Assembly (NCBI RefSeq): GCF_006345805.1
Contig: NC_043012.1
Location: 35,216,001-35,280,000, forward strand
Source of the DNA: Octopus sinensis
Taxonomy: Eukaryota
Length of the DNA stretch: 64,000 nt
Direction of reading: 5' to 3'
Shown here: in pieces, positions 1 through 12,554 of the stretch
How the letters are laid out: every line of letters starts with the position of its first letter
Position numbering within the stretch: the first letter of the stretch is position 1
Made by a program: the position numbers and the translations under genes
Notes under the pieces: generated by a model
What the model was told of the DNA's origin: nothing
Database searches by the model: none
The model's input: only the letters and a program-made list of their open reading frames with translations

Positions 1-165
<165 letters not shown>

Positions 166-515
166 AAAATAAATATAAGAGAGTGGTCACTATATGGCTC
201 ACTCTAGCACTAGTTAATCCAAAAGGTTTCAACCACCAAAAATACATGTTCCCATGAAAGTCAGTACGATTGTTAGCTCACACGGACAGGGCAAATAAAA
301 ATAACAAAATACAGATTATTTTGGGACAATTGTTTCGCTATTAAAGCGAAACAATTGTCCCAAATAATCTGTATTTGTTATTTTTATTTGCCCTGTCCGT
401 GTGAGTAACAATCGTACTGACTTTCATGGGAAACATGTATTTTTGTGGTTGAAACCTTTTGGATTAACTAGTGCTAGAGTGAGCCATATAGTGACCACTC
501 TCTTATATTTATTTT
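166..515. repeat. ~350-bp near-perfect palindrome (fold-back) centred at ~342
   Basis: 166-339 is the reverse complement of 345-515 apart from a few 1-nt indels; centre tgtttcgct-attaa-agcgaaaca. Confidence 0.95.
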
Positions 516-637
516 GTAAAAAATATTATAATATATTATAAAATATTATAATAATCCAGGTTTCTCGGAGCACTAGGCCACTTGGTGTTGAATAGAATAC
601 TATTAAATTAGTATCTAATTCTCTCACCCTTATTAAT

Positions 638-679
<42 letters not shown>

Positions 680-1017
680 TATCATCAATCATTAAGCTGT
701 TAACCCATTTGTAACTTGACAATTTATGCATTTGGTTGGTTTCTCTTTCAAGTATATTTAATTGGTATTTTGTTTTCAATCTTTTATCTTCCACAGACCC
801 ACACAACGACAACGTCGACAAGTCACGCAAAGACTGTGACAACCACCACCACCATTGAAACTCCGCCGGCCAGAGCGTAAAACCATCATGGCCTCCAACA
901 ACAATAAAAGGCATATTCTGATGCTTTAGTTAAATTTTCATTAACACACACCCACATACACACACACATATATACATATATATATATATACGTGTATATA
1001 TATATCTATGTATACAC

Positions 1018-1080
<63 letters not shown>

Positions 1081-1274
1081 ATCTTTTTCTTTTGCTTTTA
1101 ACATTTGTATGATCTTTAATCGTTTTAAATATATCTTAACTGCTTACATTTCAATTTTTCTTTCCTGAATTACTAAGAAATTTTATCTGCATAAAATATT
1201 TCTTTTCCAAAATCGTTGTGGTGAATTCTTTAAGTTCTTCGTGACAAAACGAAATTGTAATGTCATGCAATGGT

Positions 1275-1520
1275 GAATGAAGGAAGGAAGGAAGGAACGC
1301 ACGGACGAACGAACGAACGCACGGACGAACGCACAGACGAACGAACGAATGAAGTGAAGGCAAATGCAATGGAGGGTGGAAGGAAGGAATGAGTGGTTCA
1401 CTGAATGGGTAGATGAACGTTTGAATGGACGGATGGATGTGCGGGTGGGATGAGAGGGAGAATGGATGTATGGGTGGATGGCCGGACGGGTGGGTGGATG
1501 GACGGATGAATGATTAATTA
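1275..1520. repeat. Degenerate tetranucleotide tract (GGAA/GAAC/GGAT)
   Basis: Visible gaag, gaac and ggat tandem units. Confidence 0.8.
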
Positions 1521-1821
1521 AAAGGTGTATAGTTGGGTGAGTGGGTGGGTTGTTAGATAGAAGAATGGGTGAATAAGTTTACTGATGGTTGAGATATGAT
1601 AACGAGGGTCCGATATGTACATATCAGGTGTGGGGGTCATATATGGATAAGGAAGAAACAAACAATAAATCTATATTGATGCTCCATGCTTTAGATGTAC
1701 AACACATCAACACACATACATGTGTATAATTAGATATAAGTAGAGTATATATACATACATTTATACATACATACATACATACATACATACATACATACTA
1801 CATACATAATACATACATGCA

Positions 1822-1880
<59 letters not shown>

Positions 1881-2065
1881 ATATATATAATATATATATA
1901 TTATATAATATAATATATATATATATATATAAAGTATGGGGGTTTAGTTCACAGGTGATCTAAACGACTAGGTACGCTAGGTAAGTGCCGTAACGGATAC
2001 CAGAGCTCCAGGATCATTGCCGAGGTGGGAGTTATGGAGCCATTGCAGATTTCCGATATAGCGGA

Positions 2066-2230
2066 TATATAATTGTTAAAGAGGACAACAAGCATTAAGG
2101 CAAGGCAAACATCTTAAGTCATATATGTTATTATTATTATTGGATAAATTTTCCTAATTTTTCCAATAATAATAATAATGTTTATAACTTGAGATGTTTG
2201 TCTTGCCTTAAAGTTTGTTGTCCACTTTAA
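2066..2230. repeat. Imperfect palindrome centred ~2150
   Basis: aattgttaaagaggacaac...ttattattgga versus tccaataataat...gttgtccactttaacaatt; several substitutions between arms. Confidence 0.85.
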
Positions 2231-2231
2231 C

Positions 2232-2271
<40 letters not shown>

Positions 2272-2344
2272 ATATACTATATTATATATATATATATATT
2301 ATATATATAAAGCAGATAAATAACAAGGATGTTAAAGTTTAGTG

Positions 2345-2428
2345 CATTACGACCGTTTCAGGCGGCTCCATTTAATCGATTAATGCAAGAAATACATCAA
2401 TTTGAAATACACCGCCTTCCTCGGAACA
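2345..2428 (-). ncRNA. Hammerhead-like motif (variant core CCGAGGA)
   Basis: Minus strand: ccgagga-AGGCGG..CCGCCT-gaaac-ggtc-gta; 6-bp stem II base, quasi-palindromic stem III, weak stem I. Confidence 0.45.
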
Positions 2429-2584
2429 TAAGATCATATAGGTTTTCAACATACATGATACTCCATTATAATTTTTTTTAGCAATTTTTTCAATTGAACT
2501 AGAGAATTAAAGAATTACTTGTCTGTTCCTATTATTGTAACAGAATGAACTAAGGAAGGTAATACCCAATTATAATTTGGAATG

Positions 2585-2800
2585 GCAGAAGAGATTGACA
2601 CAGTCAATCCAAATATGAACAAGCAAGAAAAAACAACAACGCGACAACGTGGAATAAGTACAGTGTTATTGGACGCTCAGGAATGGAAAGAAAAGAAAGA
2701 GGATTTCACGTTTCGAGCAGGGCTCTTCATCAGAAATATAGAAAAAGTCCAAAGAAGGGATGACGGAGAAAGAAAATCGCCAACGATACACACGCGGTCG
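2585..2800 (-). mobile_element. Dispersed repeat (PLE pLTR-like) carrying a minimal hammerhead motif at 2703-2737; second copy 3655-3858
   Basis: The two copies align (caacgcga..cgtggaa..agtgttattggacgctcagga..ggatttc..gtttcgag..tcttc.tcagaaa). Minus strand reads attt-ctgatga-a-gagc-cct-gctc-gaaac-gtg-aaat. Confidence 0.6.
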
Positions 2801-2995
2801 CATATTGAAATATATAAACAAATAGAGATATATAGATATATTATGAATATATATATATATGTGTGTGTGTGTGTGCGTGTGTGTGTGTGCGTGTGTATGT
2901 GCGTGTGTGTGCGTGTGTGTGTGTATCTGTCTCCGGCTTTGTCTCTGTACGCACACCTATATAACTATATATTTCTATATATCATATATACTATA

Positions 2996-3032
<37 letters not shown>

Positions 3033-3197
3033 TATATATGATATATATATATATATATATATATATCTAATATATATATATAATATTGATTGATTGATTA
3101 TTTAGTTTCAGCTCATGAGCTGTGGCCATGCAGGGGCACCGCCATATATATATATATATATATATAATATGTATATATATATATATATGTATATATA

Positions 3198-3259
<62 letters not shown>

Positions 3260-3263
<4 letters not shown>

Positions 3264-3626
3264 GGCAGTTTGTCTGTGCGTGTTTCTGTGTGTCTGTTTT
3301 CTCGTACCCTCACCCTGACCACGGCTTTCAACGATTCTGATGAAACTTGACACACACATAGCCCAATGTCATAATTCAAAACTAAAGCAGCGAAAATTTG
3401 AATAGTTCCCCCAGTTCTGAAAAAAATCGATAAATTCGACATGGGGTCGAGAATCAGAAACACAAACCGCAAACTGTCTAGGGGGACGCAACTCCACCTT
3501 TTTTAACTAAAAAAAAAATTACCATCATTTTTTTCCATTTTTTTGCTATTTTTTGGCTATAACTCTCTAAAAATGCTTTATAGTTATTTCCCTTACAAAC
3601 CTGAGCAACGCCGAGCGATACTGCTA

Positions 3627-3628
<2 letters not shown>
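3260..3628 (+). mobile_element. Non-autonomous Helitron-like element
   Basis: Ends gcaacgccgagcgatactgCTAG|T; starts in (TA)n; internal 'cgattctgatgaaacttg' segment resembles invertebrate non-autonomous Helitrons. Confidence 0.55.
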
Positions 3629-3663
<35 letters not shown>

Positions 3664-3858
3664 TAATCCAAAGATGAAAACACAAAGAGAAAACACAACA
3701 ACGCGATGACGTGGAACAAGTATAGTGTTATTGGACGCTCAGGAAGGAAAGAAAAAAGGAGGATTTAATGTTTCGAGTGGAGATCTTCGTCAGAAACATA
3801 GAAAAGGGAAAGATCCAAGGAAGGGAAAACGGAGGAAAAAAAATCGCCAACAATACAC

Positions 3859-3958
3859 NNNNNNNNNNNNNNNNNNNNNNNNNNNNNNNNNNNNNNNNNN
3901 NNNNNNNNNNNNNNNNNNNNNNNNNNNNNNNNNNNNNNNNNNNNNNNNNNNNNNNNNN
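3859..3958. other. Assembly gap (100 N)
   Basis: Run of N. Confidence 1.
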
Positions 3959-4389
3959 ATATATATACACACGCATACACACACGCACACACACATAAGT
4001 ATGCATATATATTGTTAAATTTCGGGATGGTCCTTTTTTTTTAATGCCAAATAAACACATGCACTACATACACGTTATTCACTTGTTTACTATTGTTATT
4101 ATTTTATCGTTAGTCCATTGTCCGGAAATATTTTGTCCCACACCTGTGACCTCTTCAAGCGACTCTCTATCTCACGTGTCTCCGCCTGAGGAGTGTGTGT
4201 GTGTGTGTGGTGTTCACACACACATAACTATATGCACATGTGTGTGTGTTTGTTTGTGAATACGTGTTTATCCATGTGCATGTGTGTTGCGCGTATGTGT
4301 TTGTGTGCCACTGATCGCCATGAACCGGTCAAATAAAATGTCTTTGTTTCAGTTGTAGAAAACATCTCGCCGTCAGCTCAACCTGTTCT

Positions 4390-5310
4390 CTCATGTGGAG
4401 AACCTGAAGGGTGTCGCCATCAATGGGGGTGCAATCAAATGAAAGACAGGAGAGATTGTAGAAATGTTGGAGTCCAAGCGAGTGGATGTGGGCTGTGTAG
4501 AAGGGAGCAGGACAGAGATGCGGCCTAACCAAACCCCTTTCATGTGCAAACAGCAAAAGTACAATGATACAAATTCATCAGCCCACATGGCAGCAGTGGA
4601 TTTAGTGGAGAGATATGGATAAAATAGCTGACCTCATCAGATTAGGTCACGGAATATTTTAAATTTAGACCCGCGATGACCAGTATGACCTTTGCCTTTC
4701 ATCCTTTCGGGGTCGATTAAATAAGTACCAGTTACGCACTGGGGTCGATATAATCGACTTACTCCCTTGGTCTGTCCTTGTTTGTCCTCTCTATGTTTAG
4801 CCCCTTGTGGGCAATAAAGAAATATATTCCCTTCACAGTGAGGACTGATAGATGAACAAAAGGGGTGCTGGTGTCAAGCCATCTGGCGGACTCTCCAGAA
4901 AACGAATGGGGACGTTATTGTCATGGATAGTAACTTTAATGGAGTTCTGGGCAAAGCCACGATGGATACCCCGATGTACGTGGAAGCTATAGATATGGAA
5001 TACGGAATAAAGTGGGAATAGAAAATATTGCAGTTATGTCACAGAAATCATTGAATCATTTGCAATACATGTAGCTATGTTTATCTTTGGTTCATTCATC
5101 ACTGATCTGGAATAACACGGTTAGCTCAATTGCGAACCGTGTTACTTTTATCACGGATTGATCTGTGATAAACCATGCTGCGCGGTTTACGTATACGTTT
5201 CATCGACATGGGACTAGTGAACAGAAAATTTATGAAGGCATCCGATCCCACTGGAAAAGGCAGAGATGATCAAGAAAATACGTGACGGTGGAAACTTCGC
5301 TGCTGTTGGA
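4390..5310 (+). pseudogene. Decayed RTE-clade LINE apurinic endonuclease region, interrupted by a SINE (~4660-4830)
   Basis: Translations LKGVAINGGAIK*KTGEIVEMLESKRVDVGCVE and SNFNGVLGKA/DGYPDVRGSYRYGIRNKVG match the RTE APE pattern (T.NVG..GR..E....L.RR.VD..CVQE; GDFNGHVG..GY..VHG..GYG.RN). Confidence 0.7.
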
Positions 5311-6782
5311 CAGTTTTGTGTCAATGAATTTATCATTCGTTCCATTTACAAATGCGTAAGAATGATTCGTTTACCACTGTCTTCTTTTACTTTCCTGGGG
5401 CCAACTCCCTGTGATAAACGAGGATAGATGTACTAACTTCAGGGAAATCAACCAGCCACTTGATCACCTCAACAATCAGGTGAATACATAAGCTAGGTCT
5501 ACTTCAGACTCACTGGGAAGCATGAAAGATAAACAGTTGCAAATACTAACCAGTACTAACACTCCATCATCGTGCGATGAAGAAGGAATAAGAGTTGTAG
5601 AGGAAATTCAACAGTTTGTCTGAGAAGATATGAAGGAAAAAATCTCAAAGAAAACTCAACAGAAAATCACGGAAACAGGTGAGGAGGAACAATTTCTTCA
5701 AAGCAGCAATGATATCTTTCTTCAGAAAAGCAACGAAAAAAAAAATGAAAAGATTGTAGGAGAAATATGATTCAGAAATCAAAGAATTAATAGATAAAAT
5801 TATGCAACTGTAGAGCCAAGGATTTCTTGGAAGAAATTAAAACGACACAAAAACAGTTATTGTTCAGAATATAAACAACGTGCAAAAGATAGATTATTAG
5901 TAAAATTAAAACGAAACAATGAACTTTAAAGAGCATATCCTAAAGATGGAATTCTTCAATGTCAAACATCTCAAAAAATGTATCACTGCCCCCTGGTTGC
6001 ACTCGTTATAAATTCGATAATTGGTTAATTGGTGGAGCTGAGGGGGGGGGGGGGGCTAATTCACCATAATCAGTAATCTTGCATGTTTTATTTCCTTTCA
6101 ATTATATCTTGTTTTAATTATTGAGTGTCTTATCGTACGTTCGTTAGATTTCCGTGCAATTAAATGTACTTTTAAAATCTGAAAACACCCATTCATATAT
6201 TGAATGACGTCCACCACCTATTTCCTTTCCGTTTTGCTAAACTTGTCTCTAATTTTTCCTTCTGTGTAAACCCCCCGAGAAAGTTTCATACTTTCTTTGT
6301 CCCTTCAAGCCTTTGTCGCTAATAAAAAGACTATTATTATTATTATTGTTATTGTTGATAAGGCAGAATCGTTTGCACGCCGGGTGAAATGCTTAGTGGA
6401 ATTTCGTCCGTCTTTACGCTCCGAGTTCAAATTCCGCCGAGGTCGACTTTACCTTTCATCCTTTCGGGGTCGATAAATTAAGTGCCGGTGAGACACTGGG
6501 ATCAATGTAATCGACTGGTTCATTCCCACAAACTTCAGGTCTTGTACCTTTAGTAGAAAGGATTATTATTATTATTATTATTATTATAAAGGCGGACGAA
6601 ATGCTTAGCGGTATTTCGTCTGTCTTCACGTTCAAACTCTGCCAGGGTCGATTTTGCCTTTCATCCTTTCAGATTCGATAAAATAAGCACCAGTTGTGTA
6701 GCAGGGGTCGATGAAATCGGCTTGTCCCTCTCGCCCAAATTTCAGGCCTTGTGCCTACAGTAAAAAGAATTATCATTATTAT

Positions 6783-7035
6783 TAGGAGTGGCTGTGTGGT
6801 AAGAAGCTCGCTTCCCAACCACATGTTTCCGGGTTCAGTCCCACTGCGTAGCACCTTGGGCAAGTGTCTTCTACTATAGCCTTGAACCGACAAAAGCCTT
6901 GTGACGGAAACTGAAAGAGGCCCTTCATATATATATATATATAGATGTGTGTGTGTGTGTGTCTGTGTTTGTCCCCACCACCATCACCATGCGGTGCTCC
7001 AGCACGGCCGCAGTCAAATGACTGAAACAAGTAAA
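6783..7035 (+). mobile_element. tRNA-derived SINE family B (further copies 27080-27480 -, 34240-34660 -, 36500-36820 -, 37200-37500 +, 52572-52973 -, 58860-59220 -)
   Basis: Recurrent head ggctgtgtggtaag..ggttcagtcccactgcg, body accttgggcaagtgtcttctactatagcc, 3' part cagcatggccgcagtcaaatgactgaaacaag. Confidence 0.85.
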
Positions 7036-7499
7036 AGAATGTAGGGCTAACATCAATCAAGGTGGGGTTACTACCACGTTAAGGGATGTGACAGAGGATA
7101 TATGATAGAAAGTCGAGAAATAAACAATAAATAGATAAACAAACAGAATCCCCTATAGCGGGGCAGTCCACTTAGGGTAAACCCTACACAAAAACCCCGG
7201 ATTACTCTGCCATCTCCAAAGCATGGGAAAACGCCCTCTTCCAGTTTCTTTCTTCCTGTAGTTGGTCATGGTAGAAATGGCATTTGAACTGAGATCTACT
7301 GAATTAGGCCTGACTCAGGGTTAAACACCACCACCACAACCACCACAACCACCAACAACAACAACAACAACAGCAGCAGCAGCAGCATCACATATACTCT
7401 CTTTGTCTTCAAGAAACTCAAATGTATTTCAAGTCGGGTCGTAAATCTAAAAAGACTGAGCGAAGCACATTAACGAAAGATGGCGACGGTGGTGGCGTG

Positions 7500-8220
7500 A
7501 GTGGTTGTTGCGGTCTTGTTGATAATGTTACTAGTTGTGATAGTAGAGGTGGTGGTGGTGGTTGTGGTGGTTGTGGTGGTTGTGGTGGCGGTGGTGGTGG
7601 TATAGTGCTGGAGGTGGTTGCAATGGTGATACTGATGGTGATGGTCGTGGTCGCACTAGTGTTGATGGCAGCGGTTATGTCAGTAGTAGTGGTGGTGGTG
7701 AAAGTGGCGCTACTGTAAAGGTAGTAGTAGTAGTAGTAGTAGAGGTGGTGGTGGTGGTGGTGGTGGTGGCGGCGGCGGCGGCGGCGGCGATGTCGTCATC
7801 AAGCTATCATTTATCATGTGACCTAAAAAAATTCTATAACTTTCAGAATAGCACCAGAGGTTCTCAAATTTCTTCAGATTTTACTGATTCCAGTGAATGG
7901 TGTCCGGGTCTCATGGAATCGTGGCTCACAAGACTTTGGTCTTTGGGAAATAAAGTTTGGTTCGACAGGGAAACTGTAGGGGAGAAATCCATACTAAATT
8001 CTACTGTTTTGGAGGGGTGAGTGGATTAGAGGGTGGTGATGTGGTGGTTGTGGTGGTGGTGATTGTAGTAAGTGAGGGTGGGGCAGAGAATGTGGGAGTG
8101 GGTTGGGCGGGTGGGTGTAGAAATTAAACACACATTTCCCAGTATTTTGTATCAGGTTTCTTATGTTGCCAACAGTGAGAATAGCAACAAGGATAAGAGT
8201 AGCAGCAGCAGCAGCAGCAG

Positions 8221-8255
<35 letters not shown>

Positions 8256-8476
8256 ACGACAGCGACAACAGCGACATCACCACCACCACCATCATCATCG
8301 TCATCATCATCATCATCATCATCACCATCACCACCACCACCACCACCACCACCACCACCACCACTACCATCATCATCACCATCATCATCGTCATCAACAA
8401 CAACCACAGCATCATCATCATTATCATCATCACCATCATCATGATCATGATTATCATCATCACCACCACCACCACC

Positions 8477-8507
<31 letters not shown>

Positions 8508-8541
8508 CCATCATCACCGTCACCATCATCACCATCATCAC

Positions 8542-8576
<35 letters not shown>

Positions 8577-9625
8577 CCACCACCACCACCACCACCACCA
8601 CCACCACCACCACCACCACCACCACTACCACCATCATCACCATCATCATCATCATCATCATCAACGACAACTACATCATTTTCAGAATCGTAAGTACGTT
8701 GGACAGAATCAAAATGCTGAACGGCATTCCTTCCGGCTCTTTATGTTCTGAGTTCAAATCCTGCTGAGGTCAACTTTGCCTTTCATCCTTTCGGGGTCGA
8801 TAAAATCCAGTCAATTACAGGGGGGTGGGGATCGATGTAATCAACTTGGTCCCTTTTCCTCCCTAAAACTGCTGGCCTTGTGCCAAAATTAGACAGAATT
8901 ATCATTGACATTGACAATAGCAACGGCAACATCACCATCATCATCATCATCATCATCGTGATCACCCTCCTCCTCCTCCTCATCATCATCATTAACATTG
9001 CTACCAAAGCAGCAACAGCAGCACCACCGGCAGCAATGACCTTGTCTGTGAAATTTAACGGTAATTCTTTTAAGGAGATGTGGAAACAAGAAACGTTGAC
9101 AAAATGTACAAAAATATATATAAAACAATAAAAGAAGCCTTGATGATGATGATGATGATGATGGTTGTGGTGGTGGTTTTGGTGGTGGTGGTGGTGGTGG
9201 TTTTGGTGGTGATGGTTGTGGTGGTGGTGGTGGTGGTGGTGATGGTTGTGGTGGTGGTGGTTTTGGTGGTGGTGATGGTTGTGGTGGTGGTGGTGGTGGT
9301 TTTGGTGGTGGTGATGGTTGTGGTGGTGGTGGTGGTGGTGGTGGTTTTGGTGGTGGTGGTTTTGGTGGTGGTGGTGGTGGTGGTTTTGGTGGTGATGGTT
9401 GTGGTGGTGGTGGTGGTTTTGGTGGTGATGGTTGTGGTGGTGGTGGTGGTGGTGGTGGTTTTGGTGGTGGTGGTTGTGGTGGTGGTGGTTTTGGTGGTGG
9501 TTGTGGTGGTGGTGGTTGAGGTGGTGGTTGTGGTGGTGGTGATGGTTGAGGTGGTGGTGGTGGTGGTGGTGGTGGTGGTTGTGGTGGTGGTGGTGGTGAT
9601 GGTTGCGGTGATGGTTGTGGTGGTG
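7500..9625. repeat. Cluster of long compound trinucleotide arrays: (GGT)n 7545-7790, (CAG)n 8200-8255, (CAC/CAT)n 8280-8670, (GGT/GAT)n 9140-9625
   Basis: Directly visible. Confidence 0.95.
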
Positions 9626-10419
9626 TACTCTACTAAAACGTGCTGAGTAATCGCTTAGTTTCATGTTCAAATGATTTTATGTACAACTTGATATAAACAC
9701 ACACACACACACCTGCTTGTGAATGTCCTTTATTTGTCCCCACCCCCACCAGCCATCGTTTGGCAACTAGTGTTGGTCTGTTTACGTCCCATACATTAGC
9801 TATTCGTCAGTAACACCTCTCCCGCCCCCCCACTCCAATGAATAAGTACCAGACGTTAAACAAAGAATAAGTACTAGTTTAATGTCAATTAAATCAACCA
9901 AACTCTTCAAGGTGCTGCCCCAACATGGCCGCAGTCCAATGACTGAAACAAGCAAAACAGTAAAAAATTATTGTAGATGGTAGAAGCCAGTCAGAGAGAG
10001 AGGGGGAGGGAGAGAGAGAGAGTGAAAGAGAGAGAGAGAAAGAGAGAGAGGGGGAGAATGTCATGATGTATGAATAATACAAAATGACATATGAATGATA
10101 GAAAGTATTATATAATCTTTCTTCTCTAGGTCCGAAATTTTGGGGGAGGGGGGCCAGTCGATAAGATCGACCCCAGTAGGCAACTGGTACTTAATTATCA
10201 TTGACATTGACAATAACAACAGCAACATCACCTTCATCATCATCATCGTGATCACACTCCTCCTCCTCCTCCTCCTCCTCCTCATCATCATCATCATCGT
10301 CATCATTAACATTGATAAAATCTACGACAGCAGCAACACCAGCACCACCAGCAGCAGTGAAAATTAACTGTGAATGGAGTCCAGGTCTCATGGAATTGTG
10401 GCTCACAAGACTGTTCTTT

Positions 10420-11050
10420 GAAAGGCAAAGTCGACCTCGGCAGAATTTTAACTGAGAACGTAAAGACAGACGAAATACCTATTTCTTTACTACCCACAAG
10501 GGGCTAAACACAGAGAGGACAAACAAGGACAGACAAACGGATTAAGTCGATGATATCGACCCCAGTGCGTAACTGGTACTTATTTAATCGACCCCGAAAG
10601 GATGAAAGGCAAAGTTGACTTCGGCGGAATTTGAACTCAGAACGTAGCGGCAGACGAAATACCTATTTCTTTACTACCCACAAAGGGCTAAACACAGAGG
10701 GGACAAACATGGACAGACATAGATATTAAGACAATTACATCGACCTCAGTGCGTAACTGGTACTTAATTTATCGACCCCGAAAGGATGAAAGCAAAGTCG
10801 ATCTCGGCGGAATTTGAACTCAGAACGTAGAGGCAGACGAAATACTTATTTGTTTACTACCCACAAGGGGCTAAACACAGAGAAGACAAACAAGGAAAGA
10901 CAAACGGATTAAGTCGATTACATCTACCCCAGTGCGTAACTGGTGCATAAGTTATCGACCCTGAAAGGATGAAAGGCAAAGTCGACCCCGGCGGAATTTG
11001 AACTCAGAACGTAACGGCACACGAAATACCGCTAAGCATTTCGACCGGTG
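10420..11050 (-). mobile_element. Head-to-tail multimer of SINE family A (head + 3 bodies of 183-184 nt + partial body)
   Basis: Junction gaaatac(c/t)|tattt at ~10479, ~10663 and ~10846; head gaaataccgctaagcatttcg at 11023-11045; B-box-like gagttcaaattcc in each unit on the minus strand. Confidence 0.9.
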
Positions 11051-11099
11051 TGCTAACGTTTCTGTAATGATAGAAGAAAACGGTTCAACGGTTTTAAAT

Positions 11100-11552
11100 A
11101 TAAAACGTAATTTCTTTGAAGCGGTTCTGCAGTCAATTCTGGTTTGTGGATGTGTGACATACACTCTAATAAAGCATCTTGGAAAGAAAATTGACGGGAA
11201 TTATACCAGAACGCTTCGAGCTGCTCCTGGACATCTGGGCACAACACCTTACGAAAGAACTTCTCTATGGTAATTTATTATCAATAATACACGTCATAAG
11301 AGAAAGAAGAACAAGATTTGTTGGACATTGCTGGAGAGCAAAGGATGAGATCACCAGAGACGTTCTTCATTGGGAACCGAAGCATGGAGACGCAAATGTT
11401 GGGAGACCACATCGAACCTACGTAAAGCAGCTGTGCAAGAACTCCGAGTGCACCAGAGAAGACCTATCACGTGCAATGGCAAAGCGAACAGACTGGAGAG
11501 AACGAGTCACGGCAATCCGTGCAATAAGCATGATGATGATGATGATGATGAT
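11100..11552 (+). pseudogene. 5'-truncated RTE/RTE-X LINE 3' end with (GAT)n tail
   Basis: FFEAVLQSILVCGCVTYTL..KKIDGNYTRTLRAA then WAQHLTKELLYG..RERRTRFVGHCWR..LHWEPKHG..GRPHRTY..DRTDWR-like C-terminus; one frameshift; ends in atgatgatg. Confidence 0.85.
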
Positions 11553-11693
11553 AGAAGACAAAAATCTGTGATTATTTAAACTTGGGAAATAAATGTATGA
11601 AAACGTTTGTCACTATTTTTTTTATTATAAACAATCTTTTTTTCGCTGTTGATCAGAGATGGGTCCTGGCCTTGTAGTAGAATAAATCTGCAC

Positions 11694-11831
11694 CATAAGC
11701 GTAGCTGGTGGGTGGGCGGCACTTTAAAAGGGGTGGCACTTTTGGGTCTACTGTAGGCAATATGTGTTTTTTGTAGGGTCCAGGAGCGGCAAACGAAAGG
11801 ACCACCTCGGGAACACACTAGCTACGCTAGT
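11694..11831. mobile_element. Small MITE (related copies 23322-23478, 61148-61330)
   Basis: Termini gcgtagct(a/g)g...ctagctacgct and shared internal gggcggcacttt in all three copies. Confidence 0.6.
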
Positions 11832-12232
11832 GATCTGCCCAACATTTTATCCTTACTGGGACAAAAAAACTCCTCCTCTGAGATTGACACTTCAAAGTTA
11901 CTGAACTTGTCCAACATCGAGGACGAAAAGATCCGCACTTCAGTTTCATTTCATTTTTCCAGTACGGCAATGGTCTTCAAAAAACTAAACCTTGACTTAC
12001 ATTCAGTAATAACGGTTTCAAATTTTTAGCACACGGCCAGTAATTTCGGGGGAGGGGAGTGAGTAGATTACATCTACCCTAGTGTTCAAATGAGACTTAT
12101 TTTATCGACCCCAAATGGTAAAAGGCAATGTCGGCCTCGGCGGAATTTGAACTCAGAACGTAAAGACGGACAAAATGCCGCTAAGCATTTTGCCTGGCAT
12201 GTTAAAGATTCTGTCTGCTCGCCGCCTTACAT

Positions 12233-12296
<64 letters not shown>

Positions 12297-12554
12297 TGAT
12301 GATGATGATGGTAATAATAATGATAGCATAATAATGATGATGATGATGATAATAATAATAGCATAAATACAATTGTCTCCGAGCTGCACTGATGAGATAT
12401 AAAGATGTCGAGACATCTGTGTACAGAAGATAGGAAGGAAAAAATCTAATACAGAATATCTTCAACTAGATTTGAATCTTTGTGCTGCTTTATGTTATTG
12501 GAAATTATTACAGATGAAGGGAGAAAAATATAATTTTGCGAAGTAATCTTTATC

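Noticed and set aside
5420-5940. A-rich coding-like stretch
   Set aside because: Multiple stops and no recognisable motif; possibly a decayed TE ORF but unassignable.
10420-11050. CRISPR-like or satellite interpretation of the regular arrays (also 47900-48220)
   Set aside because: The units are whole SINE bodies or pLTR repeats with no unique spacers; eukaryotic context and no cas genes.
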